A stretch of 64,000 bases of DNA from Nitrosopumilus sp. (GTDB lineage Archaea > Thermoproteota > Nitrososphaeria > Nitrososphaerales > Nitrosopumilaceae), in the NCBI GenBank assembly GCA_965205675.1, contig OZ242186.1, positions 768,001-832,000 on the forward strand, read 5' to 3'. Made by a program: the position numbers and the translations under genes. Shown here piece by piece: positions 31,180-41,652 of this stretch. The notes under the pieces were generated by a model. That model saw nothing but the letters and a program-made list of their open reading frames with translations. It did not search any database and was not told the origin of the DNA. How positions within the stretch are numbered: position 1 is the stretch's first letter; the number at the start of each line of letters is the position of its first letter.

Positions 31180-32229
31180 TTGAATAGGCAAGGTATTGAT
31201 TTATTGTCTTCTATTGATGAATCTGATAAAGAACTTTTAAATGAAATTCAATGGACTTTTCCATTAGTTACAAGACCATTTGATGCTATTGCTAAAAGAT
31301 TTGATACTACTCCTGAAAATATCAAAAAACAACTAAATCAACTAAAAGAGATTGGGATTTTACGACAACTAAGTGCAATTTTTGATACCCGAAAACTTGG
31401 TTACACAAGCTCACTTGTAGCTATGGAAATTGATTCTGATAAACTGGACCATGTTGCAAGCCAAATTAACCGTCATCCTGGTGTTAGTCATAATTATGAA
31501 CGAGATCATCAATTCAACCTTTGGTTTACATTAGCTGTTCCTCCTGGTGCTGATTTGAAATTTGAACTTGAAAAATTCAATGTTCTAAAAGGAATTAAAA
31601 AAGTAAGAATGCTTCCAACTTTACAATTATTCAAAATTGGTGTTAAACTTGACATGGTAGATGACAAGAAACATGAGATTGCACCAAGTGAAGAGAAAAA
31701 AGAAATTAAAAATATTGAGTTTATCCCAACTGAAGAAGATAAAGACTTTATTCGTGAATTGCAAAAAGATATGGAAATTATTGACGAACCTTTTGTTAAG
31801 GCTGCAAAAAATCTTGGAATGACTGAAACTGAATTATTTGAAAAAATGAAACATTATGAGGATATTGGCGTCATGCGAAGATTTGCTGCAATTTTGAGAC
31901 ATAGACAAGTTGGATTTACTGCAAATGGTATGATTGTCTGGAAAGTTCCTGAAGATCGAATTAAACAAGTTGGGGAAACATTAGGCTCATTTCCACAGGT
32001 AAGTCATTGTTATGAGAGACCTACGTATGCTGATTGGCCTTACAATGTTTTTTCTATGATACATTGCAAAACTCATGATGAGGCATATAAAGTGGCAAAA
32101 ACTATTCAAGATCAAATTAATGTCGATGAATACAATATTCTTTTTAGCTCGCGCGAATTCAAAAAAACACGTGTTGAATATTTTGTAGAAAACTCATTTA
32201 GCTTGGAAGAAACACTTTCAGTATCTTAG
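31180..32229 (+). CDS. ahbAB: Fused siroheme decarboxylase AhbA/AhbB (Lrp/AsnC-like)
   Basis: VSHNYER and VSHCYERP...WPYNVFSMIH; divergent from sirC. Confidence 0.88.
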   Translation: MNRQGIDLLSSIDESDKELLNEIQWTFPLVTRPFDAIAKRFDTTPENIKKQLNQLKEIGILRQLSAIFDTRKLGYTSSLVAMEIDSDKLDHVASQINRHPGVSHNYERDHQFNLWFTLAVPPGADLKFELEKFNVLKGIKKVRMLPTLQLFKIGVKLDMVDDKKHEIAPSEEKKEIKNIEFIPTEEDKDFIRELQKDMEIIDEPFVKAAKNLGMTETELFEKMKHYEDIGVMRRFAAILRHRQVGFTANGMIVWKVPEDRIKQVGETLGSFPQVSHCYERPTYADWPYNVFSMIHCKTHDEAYKVAKTIQDQINVDEYNILFSSREFKKTRVEYFVENSFSLEETLSVS

Positions 32230-32558
32230 ATCTCATTTTTATCGTGTCCTACAACATGAATTATACAAAAATATTGATCATTCATGTTGCAATAGTATAG
32301 CGAATCTTTGCCACATTCTTTACATGGTGGTTTTTTATCCAATTCTGATAATTTCGTATGGTATACTTTACTTCTAGATGTAATTGTAGAATCTTTGTAA
32401 ATTCTAGTTATATTTGAATAATATTCTAATTCTTCAGGATTCAATGTTTGGTTATTTCTGATTTTTTTAATCATTGATTCCCATTTTTTATATTTGCCAA
32501 TCTTGGCCTTTTTCATTCTTTCAATAACTTCTATAGTTTTTTTTGAATTTATTGACAA
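32226..32558 (-). CDS. Hypothetical protein with a C-terminal Cys/His cluster
   Basis: CKEC...C...C..H. Confidence 0.65.
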   Translation of the reverse strand: MSINSKKTIEVIERMKKAKIGKYKKWESMIKKIRNNQTLNPEELEYYSNITRIYKDSTITSRSKVYHTKLSELDKKPPCKECGKDSLYYCNMNDQYFCIIHVVGHDKNEI

Positions 32559-32567
32559 ATCCCTTTA

Positions 32568-33566
32568 CTAATTTGCTTGAGGTGTTGATTTTAATTCGTA
32601 AGGTGGCCATGTGTTATACAATTCTTCTATCTCTTTGATGTCTGATGCTGAAATATATTCTCCTTTTGTCATTTCTACATAATTTACAATCTCTTCTTCA
32701 CTTACTACTGTTGGAAACACTGATGCAAATCCTTTCTTAGACATGATAAACTTTATTGCTAATTCTGTTATGGTTAATCCATTTCTATCTGCAATTGGTC
32801 TGAGCATTTCTACTTTTTTTAATGATGCTTTAATCCATTCGCCTTTTCTAACAGATCTATGGTCTTTTTCATCTATTTTTGTTTCAGCATTTATTTTTCC
32901 CGTTAGTATTCCTGAAGCTTCTGGGACTCTAGCTAAAATCCCAACGCTTTTTTCTTCAGCTTTTTTCATTAATTCATTACCTGGGGTTTGTTCTAAAATA
33001 TTGTAAACTGTTTGAACTGCACTGACATTTGGTCTATCCATGGCCTCCATTCCTTCTTGTGTCCATCCTATTGCTGGACCCAAAGCTACTTGATATGTCT
33101 TGATAGATTCATCTGCAACGAAACTATCTAAGACAGCAAAAATTGAATTATCTCTGATGTGTTCTAATTTTGGATTATGCAAACCATACATGTCTAAATG
33201 ATCTGTCTGTAATCTCTCTAAACTATTCCTTAATGCATTTCGTGTAAAATCCTCATCAAATTTTTGTGGTAATTCACTGTGACCTATTTGTTCTACTTTT
33301 GAAAAATCATAACCATATTTTGTAGATATGACTACCTCCTTTCTCATATCTTTGAAAACTTCTCCGATGAGTTTTTCGCTTTTCCCCTTACCGTACATAT
33401 CCCCTGTTTCAAAAAAGTTAATTCCTAAATCATATGCCTTTTTGAGCATTCTTTTAGCCTCATCCTCTTCAATTTTTTTGCCCCACCAATCTAGAGCAAT
33501 TGACCAAGCACCAAACCCTAACTCTGATACTCTGATGTCTGTTTTACCCAGTTTATTATAGTTCAA
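32568..33566 (-). CDS. Aldo/keto reductase
   Basis: LGKTDIRVSELGFG, STK, SLERLQTDHLD, YNIL. Confidence 0.92.
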   Translation of the reverse strand: MNYNKLGKTDIRVSELGFGAWSIALDWWGKKIEEDEAKRMLKKAYDLGINFFETGDMYGKGKSEKLIGEVFKDMRKEVVISTKYGYDFSKVEQIGHSELPQKFDEDFTRNALRNSLERLQTDHLDMYGLHNPKLEHIRDNSIFAVLDSFVADESIKTYQVALGPAIGWTQEGMEAMDRPNVSAVQTVYNILEQTPGNELMKKAEEKSVGILARVPEASGILTGKINAETKIDEKDHRSVRKGEWIKASLKKVEMLRPIADRNGLTITELAIKFIMSKKGFASVFPTVVSEEEIVNYVEMTKGEYISASDIKEIEELYNTWPPYELKSTPQAN

Positions 33567-33649
33567 AACTTGTTTTTAAATTCAAAATTTCATCATTTAT
33601 GTTTATCCGAGATTTGCATCTCTGGTATTTGAATTAAATTCACTCGATT

Positions 33650-34324
33650 TTATCCTAAACTAGAAATCATTGGAACAATGTCTTTTTTTACACACACAAT
33701 CATTGGTATGTCGTTTTTAACATATGTTGAGACTTGGGTTTCTCTTAAATCCATGATCAAATCTTGAAAATCTCTGATATCATCTACTTCAAATGCCAGC
33801 ATGAAATCTTCATCATGAATTCCAAAAGAATATGTGGTGTTGAGTACTATTTGTGGATATTTTTTACTTACTTCTATATGCTCATCCATTATTTCTTGAC
33901 GTTTTTCTTTTGGTAGTAGATACCACTCTCTAGTTTTTGTAAATGGATAAACTATGACATGTTTTTTAGGATTGTTTCCTGTGAGAAAACCATGTGCTTT
34001 TTGTTCTTGTACATAAAGTGATGGCCTTGTACATGACAAATATGTCATTGATGGCATGATATATTTCCCAAACACTGTTTTGTAAATTTTTTCTATTACC
34101 ACTTGAATTTCTTCTACTGTTTTTGCTGCAAACCAGAATAAGAAATCTGCATCATCTCTTAATCCTAAATTTGAATATGATCTAAACATAATTTTTGAAT
34201 TGTTGATTACGTTTTCAACTTCTTTTGCAGATTCTTCTTTTGCTAAATCTGCCATCCATCTCCATTTTGGATCTACTTTGAAAAATGAGAAATTAAAGTA
34301 ATATTGTTGATTCTCTTCTGACAT
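33650..34324 (-). CDS. Chlorite dismutase/coproheme decarboxylase (ChdC/HemQ) family protein
   Basis: YPFTKTREWYLLP..R..IMDEH, YSFGIHD. Confidence 0.87.
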   Translation of the reverse strand: MSEENQQYYFNFSFFKVDPKWRWMADLAKEESAKEVENVINNSKIMFRSYSNLGLRDDADFLFWFAAKTVEEIQVVIEKIYKTVFGKYIMPSMTYLSCTRPSLYVQEQKAHGFLTGNNPKKHVIVYPFTKTREWYLLPKEKRQEIMDEHIEVSKKYPQIVLNTTYSFGIHDEDFMLAFEVDDIRDFQDLIMDLRETQVSTYVKNDIPMIVCVKKDIVPMISSLG

Positions 34325-34615
34325 GTTATTTTCAATTTCAAAACCCTATTTAAACAAAAACTAGATTTTCTATTGCAGAACTTTGATAATTTTTTCTGGC
34401 GTTATGTGGCCTGAGTTAATCTTCACTAATGATGTTGACATGTTGAAATATTTTGCAATTTTTTAATAATCTTTTTACTTATTTCTCCTTTGCTTGGTCC
34501 TGTTTTTATTCCTATATTGATTTGCTTATTTTTTATTTCAAAAAAACTTTTTGGAAAATTCTATATGAATTTTACAAATCAATATTATTTGAAAAGACAA
34601 GAAAGTTATCTTTGA

Positions 34616-35386
34616 TCAGGCTGATTGCTCTAAAGCCCATTCGTAACCTTCTGCTTCTAATTTATCTGCAAGTGTTGCATCTCCTGTTTTCAATACTTGA
34701 CCTCTTGCAAATACATGTACAAAATCTAATTTATCCAAGAACTTTAAAATTCTTGCATAGTGTGTAATGATGATAACTGTTGCATCTTTACCTGAAACCT
34801 TGCTAATTGCTTGTGCTACTGCTTGAACTGCGTCTATATCTAAACCTGAATCTGGTTCATCTAAAATTGAAATTTTTGGTTTAAGTACTGCCATTTGCAA
34901 AACTTCTGCACGTTTTTTCTCACCTCCTGAAAATCCTTCATTAAGATATCTTGAAAGAAATTCTTCTTTCAATCCTACTTTCTCTAAATTCTCTTTAAGA
35001 TATTTCTGAAATTCTCGTACTGTGATGAATACTTCTCTATCATCGCCTTCAAGTGCTTTACTTAGAGAATTATATGCGGTTCTTAAAAAGTGAGAAAATC
35101 CTACTCCAGAAACTTCGGTTGGATATTGAAATCCTAAGAATAGTCCTTTCTTTGCTCTCTCATCTGCTGTTAAATCTAAAATGCTCTCCCCATCTAACAA
35201 AATATCTCCCTTTGTAACTTCATATTTTGGATGTGCAAGTAATGTGTATGCTAGTGTGCTTTTCCCTGAACCATTTGGTCCCATAATGGCATGTACCTCT
35301 CCCGGACCTGTTTTCAAATTGACTCCTTTGAGAATCTCTTTGCCTTCTCTTGATACGTGAAGATCTCTGATTTCCAATACTGCCAT
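34616..35386 (-). CDS. sufC: Fe-S assembly ATPase SufC
   Basis: GPNGSGKST, FQYP, GFSGGEKKR, LDEPDSGLD. Confidence 0.95.
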   Translation of the reverse strand: MAVLEIRDLHVSREGKEILKGVNLKTGPGEVHAIMGPNGSGKSTLAYTLLAHPKYEVTKGDILLDGESILDLTADERAKKGLFLGFQYPTEVSGVGFSHFLRTAYNSLSKALEGDDREVFITVREFQKYLKENLEKVGLKEEFLSRYLNEGFSGGEKKRAEVLQMAVLKPKISILDEPDSGLDIDAVQAVAQAISKVSGKDATVIIITHYARILKFLDKLDFVHVFARGQVLKTGDATLADKLEAEGYEWALEQSA

Positions 35387-35482
35387 ATTGCGATTTGTTC
35401 TGGTTCTCTATATAATACCGACGAAATTTAGCTGATCCTAATCGTAGCATTTGATAATAAAATGAAAAGGGGGGGGGATTAA

Positions 35483-36436
35483 TTAGTTGGTCAGAGATGG
35501 TCTCAAAGTAATTTTGAGTTTGTAACATGTCAGAATTTCTTTACATCTGTTTCTGATGGTAACTTCTGTAACTCCTGCAATACTTGAAACGTCTCTTTGT
35601 AGAACGCTTTGCCCAAGTAAGACTGATGCTACATACAGATACGCTGCGGCAATTCCGTTTGGAGCCTTTCCGTCTGCGATATTGCTGTCTTTAGTTTTTT
35701 CAGCAATTTCTAAGGCTAGTCTTTCAACTCTTACCTCAGTATGTGTCATGTTTGCTATCTTTGAGATGTATTTGTCCATGGTTACAACTGGGGCATGTAA
35801 TTGCCCCATTTCCATTACCATGATTCTGTAGTATCTAGCTGCAAGTTTTGTTTTTGACTTAACATTTTTTGTTGAACAAATTCCTTGGCAAATTTCTTCT
35901 AATGATCTTACTACGTCACATTGTTTGCATGCCATGTAAATTGTAGATGCAGTAATGCATACTACTGATCTTCCCTTCACATCAACATGTCCATCCAAGT
36001 TTCTGTATATCATAGATGCAGTCTCTAACACATTCTTTGAAAGATTTAGACTGTCACATGCTTCACCCATTTTTGCTAAAACATTTGCCAGTCTCCTCTC
36101 TCTTGGTGTGGTGATTCTTACTCTTTGTTGCCATTTTCTGAGATTGTGCATTTTTTTTGCAACGTCGTGGTTGATTGTTTTTCCACTAAAGTCTTTTGCA
36201 CTGATTGAAATCTCAGTTGCTATTCCCAAATCATGTTGGGAATAAGTTGTTTGTCCTGTTGCCCTTGCAAGCTTCATTTTGTCTTCAAAGTTTGAGCTTA
36301 TTGTTTCTGGACCAAAATCTGCAATCTGATCATCGACTACTACGCCGCAACCAGAACAGATTATTTCACCATTCTGCATGTCATCTACTAATGTAGATTT
36401 ACATTCAGGACAGTTTTGTTTTTCTAGTATGTTCAT
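35483..36436 (-). CDS. tfb: Transcription initiation factor IIB
   Basis: Zn ribbon CPEC...CSGCG, cyclin repeats, VTEVTIRNR. Confidence 0.95.
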   Translation of the reverse strand: MNILEKQNCPECKSTLVDDMQNGEIICSGCGVVVDDQIADFGPETISSNFEDKMKLARATGQTTYSQHDLGIATEISISAKDFSGKTINHDVAKKMHNLRKWQQRVRITTPRERRLANVLAKMGEACDSLNLSKNVLETASMIYRNLDGHVDVKGRSVVCITASTIYMACKQCDVVRSLEEICQGICSTKNVKSKTKLAARYYRIMVMEMGQLHAPVVTMDKYISKIANMTHTEVRVERLALEIAEKTKDSNIADGKAPNGIAAAYLYVASVLLGQSVLQRDVSSIAGVTEVTIRNRCKEILTCYKLKITLRPSLTN

Positions 36437-36702
36437 TATTTTCTTCTCCTAAATTTTTCTGGTTTGTTTGCAGGATATTCTTGAGATGCGAAAACATTTC
36501 TGCCAATGTATTTTTTAATATTGTTTGTTAATGGCGTTGCTGATGCAAACGGTCTACTTATTGGACCTATCAGTTCGTTTATTTTTGCAATTCTAGTTCC
36601 CCTTTCGTCACAGAGTATCTGTCCTTCAACTAATTCTTTTGATAGTTGAACGATTACCCTGCCACTACCGGCTAGGTGCATTATTTCGCCTACCTCCTGC
36701 AA
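36436..36702 (-). CDS. gar1: H/ACA RNP Gar1/Naf1-family protein
   Basis: ELIGPISRPF motif; lies between SRP19 and TFB. Confidence 0.8.
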   Translation of the reverse strand: MQEVGEIMHLAGSGRVIVQLSKELVEGQILCDERGTRIAKINELIGPISRPFASATPLTNNIKKYIGRNVFASQEYPANKPEKFRRRK

Positions 36703-36776
36703 TTAGAATTATTAATCACTGTGTCCCTTTCATAGACTTCTGTCAACTTTACTTTAGCTAAGAGCTAGATTTCATT

Positions 36777-37076
36777 TTATTTTGATTGTTTTGTTCTTTT
36801 TGCTACTAACTTTTCAGAAATTTTGTTAAGAATTTTTGTCTTGGAGGATCTTTTTGGTACAACCACGTAGCCTGACCTGACAAATGGTTTTTTGGGAAAT
36901 CTAACTTTGTCGTCTGATTCTGCTATTTCTATTCCGCTGGCTTTTGTTGCATTCATTAATTCTTTTAATGAGGGGTCAAAAACACATTTTTCCAATCTTA
37001 TTCTTCTTCCTTCGGATTTTTTTAAATTTTTATTAAAATAATCCAGCCAGACTACGACATGTTCGTAATCTTTCAT
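36777..37076 (-). CDS. srp19: Signal recognition particle protein SRP19
   Basis: VVWLDYFN..LKKSEGRRI...P.L.EL. Confidence 0.88.
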   Translation of the reverse strand: MKDYEHVVVWLDYFNKNLKKSEGRRIRLEKCVFDPSLKELMNATKASGIEIAESDDKVRFPKKPFVRSGYVVVPKRSSKTKILNKISEKLVAKRTKQSK

Positions 37077-37077
37077 T

Positions 37078-37461
37078 TTATTTCTTTAGTAAAATTGCGT
37101 TAACGATTCCGTTTTGACCTGGTTTTGAAACAACTCTGCATTTGCCTTCTGCTGTTTCAAGAATTGCACCTTTTGTAATTATGCCTCGTCTTTTGTAATC
37201 ATTGTTTGTAGCATTTTCTAAAACTTTGATAATTTTTGATTTTTTTACTTTAGCTTCACCTGTTGCTAAATTAACAAAGTCAATTGATTTCAAAGCCGTT
37301 TTTCTATTATTGCCCCGAATTCTTCTTGTTACTGTAACTTGAGCTCCGTTAACTGGTTCATTTGGATATCTATCAGTTTCATACTTTCTTCTAATTCTAA
37401 GTGGAATTCTTCTTCCCCCAGTAATTTTACTTGTTGCTAAATTTTCTACTGATTTTCTCAC
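37078..37461 (-). CDS. rps8e: 30S ribosomal protein S8e
   Basis: TGGR, RGNN, IITKGAIL, SKPGQNG. Confidence 0.95.
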   Translation of the reverse strand: MRKSVENLATSKITGGRRIPLRIRRKYETDRYPNEPVNGAQVTVTRRIRGNNRKTALKSIDFVNLATGEAKVKKSKIIKVLENATNNDYKRRGIITKGAILETAEGKCRVVSKPGQNGIVNAILLKK

Positions 37462-37542
37462 GAATAGTCTTTGGATTACTCTAATTTATACAAAACGCAA
37501 AAAGTTAGCCGTGAGTCAAAAAAATCTGGTTTACTTTTGATG

Positions 37543-38100
37543 TTATTGGTGGTGAAGGATTGTCTGTCTATTTGCTGTTTTTCTTACTTTGTTGAATAGT
37601 CTTTGTTTGAGATCTTCTGCGTCTCCTTGAATGCCAAAATATTTTTGGAATTTTTCAGTTGTCGTGTAAATTTTTAATCGTCCTACATTTTGATGACTGA
37701 TGTAATCTAATTGTCTTAGTTCTTTGAGATGTGCATATACTCCAGATCCTCTTGTCTCAACAAGTTGTTTTGATGATATCGGTTGCATGTATGCAATGTA
37801 TGATAATGTCTTTAATGTTGCATTTGGAAGAACTGGTTTTGATGCATATCTTTTGACTGTTGCACTGTATTCTGGTTTTAATTGCATTACATATGAGCCA
37901 TCTGGAAGAATTACTACTTCTAATGCTTTGAATGCTATTTTTGTCTTTTTCATAATGTTGTTTAGTAATTCTTGTGTTTTTGTTCTAGATTCTGTGCCTG
38001 AAGCTCTGACAATATCTTCAATTTTTAACGGTCTTCCTGCTGAATACAATGCCGCCTCAATCCTTGCTGTTGCCTCATTTAAATTCTCAATTCTTGCCAA
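37543..38100 (-). CDS. scpB: SMC-ScpAB subunit ScpB
   Basis: IEAALY, TLSYIAYMQPIS, YTTTEKFQKYFG. Confidence 0.92.
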   Translation of the reverse strand: MARIENLNEATARIEAALYSAGRPLKIEDIVRASGTESRTKTQELLNNIMKKTKIAFKALEVVILPDGSYVMQLKPEYSATVKRYASKPVLPNATLKTLSYIAYMQPISSKQLVETRGSGVYAHLKELRQLDYISHQNVGRLKIYTTTEKFQKYFGIQGDAEDLKQRLFNKVRKTANRQTILHHQ

Positions 38101-38115
38101 TTATTCTCTCTCTTC

Positions 38116-38793
38116 TTAATTTTTTAACTCTTCTTTCATTATGATGATTTTAATGTCATCTTCAACTTGCTCCAAGTCTACTTTCTGGTCTCTTGCCAAA
38201 AATAATGCTGCAAAGAAACATCTGATTGAATCAACTTGGTCCAATTCTTTTATAATATCTTGTAGTAGTCCAAATCCTGCACTGCTAATTTTTTTCATTA
38301 TGAGGTCTTCATATTTTCCAATAATACTCTCAAGTGAGATAAAACATTCTTGAAAATCTGGTGGTGAACTTGGCTCTATGTCTATTTGTCCCCTCTGTCT
38401 TGATCGAGGGTTTGCTATTGTACTGATAAGATTCTGCAATAATCCCAACAAATCATCTAATGATACTGGATATGTTGATTCATGTCTGTATGGGATATCT
38501 ATTAATTCAATATCTACATCGGTTCTTTGATGCATTGGTTTTTTCTCCATTGCAGCTTTCTGCAAAGCAAAAATACTCTCAACTTTCATTCTATAGATTA
38601 ATGATGATGATAATGCAGCCATTCCTGCAACTTTGAGATCTTTCTTATCTGTTTTTTCAAGAATTTTTACTAATAAATTCAAAATCTGAATTAGATCAAT
38701 TTCCCAAACGTTTTTTTTAACAACTGATGCGGGACTAAACAGAATGTTTACTGGTTCCTGAGAAATACTATTGGGAGTTTGTGTCTCATTCAC
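38116..38793 (-). CDS. scpA: Kleisin ScpA
   Basis: VWEIDL, FFAALFLARDQKVDLEQ; adjacent to scpB. Confidence 0.82.
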   Translation of the reverse strand: MNETQTPNSISQEPVNILFSPASVVKKNVWEIDLIQILNLLVKILEKTDKKDLKVAGMAALSSSLIYRMKVESIFALQKAAMEKKPMHQRTDVDIELIDIPYRHESTYPVSLDDLLGLLQNLISTIANPRSRQRGQIDIEPSSPPDFQECFISLESIIGKYEDLIMKKISSAGFGLLQDIIKELDQVDSIRCFFAALFLARDQKVDLEQVEDDIKIIIMKEELKN

Positions 38794-38887
38794 ATTATTT
38801 CTCTTTGATTATTCAATAATATCTAAGGGCTCTATTTTTTTCTCACATCCAGTCAACTCTTATATTGTTAACCTGAAAAATTCAACT

Positions 38888-39940
38888 ATGAAATCTGCTA
38901 GAATCACTGGTCCTAACGAGCCCCTCACAATATCTGAAAGCGAGACCCCTAAACCTCAAGGTACTCAGGTTTTAGTTAAAGTAAATTCTGTAGGCGTCTG
39001 CCACAGTGACTTGCACTTGTGGGAAGGTGGATATGATCTCGGTGACGGCCAATTCATGAAAGTCACTGATAGAGGTGTAAAATACCCTGTAACTCCTGGA
39101 CATGAAATTGTAGGTTCTGTTGAAGATGTTGGCGATGATGTTTCTGGTATTTCGAAAGGAGATCAAGTTTTAGTTTTTCCATGGATTGGCTGTGGAGGGT
39201 GTCCTGCTTGTAAAGTTGGAAATGAAAATCTGTGTGATACCCCAAAATCCATGGGTGTTTTTCAAGATGGTGGTTATTCTGACTATGCCCTAATTCCAAA
39301 TTTTAAATATCTGGCAAAACTTGATGGTGTTGATCCCGACGCTGCCACTTCTCTTGCTTGTTCTGGACTCACTGCATACACTGCAATCAAAAAGTCAAAT
39401 CAAAACTCTCCTGAATTTATTGTAATTGTTGGAGCAGGTGGCTTGGGATTGATGGGAGTTCAAATTGCAAAAGCCATAACTAATGCTAAAATTATCTGTG
39501 TTGATTTAGATGATCAAAAATTAGAAACAGCTAAAAAAATGGGTGCTGATTATACAATAAACTCTAAAGATCCTGAAACTGCCCAAAAAATAATGACTAT
39601 TTGCAATGACAAGGGAGCTGACAGTGTTGTAGACTTTGTAAATGCGCCACTCACTGCAAAACTAGACTTTGCAATTCTCCGAAAACGTGGTAACTTGGTA
39701 CTTGTTGGTCTATTTGGAGGCTCTATCGAATTATCCCTTGTAACAATTCCACTCAAAGCTATTGTCATTCAAGGTGCGTACACTGGAAATTATAGTGATA
39801 TGATAGAATTACTTGAACTTGCCAGAACAGGTACAATCAACCCTGTAATCTCAAAAAGATATTCCTTAGATGACGCACATATTGCACTTGATGATCTTAA
39901 GGCGCGAAAAATTATTGGGCGTGCCGTAATCAATCCCTAG
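38888..39940 (+). CDS. Zinc-dependent alcohol dehydrogenase
   Basis: GVCHSD, GHE, CGGCPAC...C, GAGGLG; start reassigned to ATG 38888. Confidence 0.93.
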   Translation: MKSARITGPNEPLTISESETPKPQGTQVLVKVNSVGVCHSDLHLWEGGYDLGDGQFMKVTDRGVKYPVTPGHEIVGSVEDVGDDVSGISKGDQVLVFPWIGCGGCPACKVGNENLCDTPKSMGVFQDGGYSDYALIPNFKYLAKLDGVDPDAATSLACSGLTAYTAIKKSNQNSPEFIVIVGAGGLGLMGVQIAKAITNAKIICVDLDDQKLETAKKMGADYTINSKDPETAQKIMTICNDKGADSVVDFVNAPLTAKLDFAILRKRGNLVLVGLFGGSIELSLVTIPLKAIVIQGAYTGNYSDMIELLELARTGTINPVISKRYSLDDAHIALDDLKARKIIGRAVINP

Positions 39941-40095
39941 TTCATTTCATCACTGCAAAATTTTATAAAAAACATTGTGTACTCTTGTTAAACACAAACA
40001 AATCATAAAATATGTGCGAGTTTGCATCTTTACTCATATTCATTCAAGAATCTAATGCCTTTTTGAATTTCTTAGAATTTTTAACTTTGAGGTTT

Positions 40096-40659
40096 CTAGT
40101 CTTCTGGAATCCATCCTGATTCTAATATTTCTTGATCCTCTGTTTCTCCTACATTTGTTGCATATCTCCAAATTTTTTCTTTATCTGGAATCATTTTTTC
40201 TTTAATTTTTATCAATGCCTCGATTTCTGAATTTAAATTTTTATCGGCATTTCCATGTTCTTTACAGAATTTACATTTTTGATCTAGTGTTATTGGCTCT
40301 GATTCAATTAATGGGTATGCTGTACAAGCAAGCGGTCTTTTATTGTATATTCTACACGGGAATCCTCCATGTGGTGATTTATCCCCACTGTTTGTATCCA
40401 AAAATGGACATGTATTTCCATTTTCATCTGATCCCATTAACTGATACGCTAAAATTTTTGCAGGATGTGAATCTAATTTTTCAGAAATCCCAATCCTTGG
40501 CAAGATTTTAATTTTTATTCTATTTTTATCTGCAAGTTTTTCTATTCGTTCTTTTTCTTCTGGAAGAATTAAGACTCCTATTTTACCAAATCTTTTACTT
40601 GGATAATATTCTCTTTCAACACAGCATTGAGAGCATTCATCCACACATCTAAATTCCAT
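40096..40659 (-). CDS. YkgJ-family cysteine-cluster protein
   Basis: C..ECSQCC, CPFL, CRIYNKRPLACTAYP; start at ATG 40659. Confidence 0.85.
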   Translation of the reverse strand: MEFRCVDECSQCCVEREYYPSKRFGKIGVLILPEEKERIEKLADKNRIKIKILPRIGISEKLDSHPAKILAYQLMGSDENGNTCPFLDTNSGDKSPHGGFPCRIYNKRPLACTAYPLIESEPITLDQKCKFCKEHGNADKNLNSEIEALIKIKEKMIPDKEKIWRYATNVGETEDQEILESGWIPED

Positions 40660-40764
40660 ATCTTTTCTAATTCTATTTGATAAAAATCTCTTATGCTTAA
40701 TCGCTGCCAATTTTATTTCTATGCTGACCCTACCAGTTATATGCTCATAATGAAAACAAACAAC

Positions 40765-41076
40765 ATGGGTAAGCGTCAAGTAAAAAATGAGAGTGCATTA
40801 AAAGAAATTAGATTGCCTGAAGAGGGTGAACTCTTTGGCCGTGTTTTGAAAATGCTTGGAGGTGAAAATGTTATGATAAAATGTGATGATAACGTTACCC
40901 GTAGAGGAAGAATTAGGGGCAAACTAAAGAGACGAGTATGGATTCGAGACAATGATATTGTTATAATTGCTCCTTGGGATTTCAAAGAATCTGAACGTGG
41001 GGATATTGTTTGGAGATTCACACTTCCACAAGTTGAATGGCTTAAAGCAAATAATCACATTCCAAAAGATTTCTAA
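40765..41076 (+). CDS. eif1a: Translation initiation factor aIF-1A
   Basis: GRVLKMLG, RGKLKRRVWI, PWDF; start at ATG 40765. Confidence 0.94.
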   Translation: MGKRQVKNESALKEIRLPEEGELFGRVLKMLGGENVMIKCDDNVTRRGRIRGKLKRRVWIRDNDIVIIAPWDFKESERGDIVWRFTLPQVEWLKANNHIPKDF

Positions 41077-41146
41077 TCTTTTATCTTTGAGTTAATTTTT
41101 TGCTGATGCTTTAGTTAATATAGTGAGTTAATTGTTTGAGAATCAA

Positions 41147-41338
41147 ATGGAACAAGGCACCGTAAAATGGTTTAACCGTACTAAGGGCTTTGGTTTTATC
41201 GAAAGAGAAGGTGGAGACGATCTATTTGTTCACAAATCAGATGTTGACGGATTCATTAACGAAGGCGATAAAGTCGAGTTCGAAATTGGTGAGGGTCAAA
41301 AAGGACCAGCAGCCCAAAAAGTCAAAAAATCAGCATAG
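41147..41338 (+). CDS. csp: Cold-shock domain protein
   Basis: GTVKWFN..KGFGFI...DLFVH (RNP1/RNP2). Confidence 0.95.
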   Translation: MEQGTVKWFNRTKGFGFIEREGGDDLFVHKSDVDGFINEGDKVEFEIGEGQKGPAAQKVKKSA

Positions 41339-41428
41339 GCAACAAGTTTTTTAAATTTAAGATTTCATCTTTGTTTTCTTAAACTAGTCTATCTTTTTAT
41401 TATTTTTAAATTCATTTTCAAAAATTTG

Positions 41429-41555
41429 TGGTCCCGCGGGGCGGAATTGAACCACCGACAACCCGGTTTCTGTATGCCTGATATGCTGTTTTTCGATCAG
41501 CCATCTAAAGCCAACAACTACAGCCGGAAGCTCTACCAGGCTGAGCTACCACGGG
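41429..41555 (-). tRNA. tRNA-Tyr(GTA) with a ~50-nt intron and encoded CCA
   Basis: C1:G72 acceptor CCCGTGG/CCGCGGG-A-CCA; anticodon arm TCCGG-CTGTAG[intron]A-CCGGG. Confidence 0.9.
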
Positions 41556-41652
41556 ACAAAAAAACGAAGATCTCTACTATTAAAAAACTATCGTAGATGA
41601 TTTTTTCTAAATGATCTCTAAAAGATAAATAGCCTAAAAAATTGATGTCCTC

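Noticed and set aside
34616-38793. sufC without sufBD and scpAB without smc as a novel system
   Set aside because: Split arrangements are common in archaea; the partners are probably elsewhere in the genome.
41147-41338. Bacterial-type cold-shock protein as a recent transfer
   Set aside because: Csp genes are already known from marine thaumarchaea.
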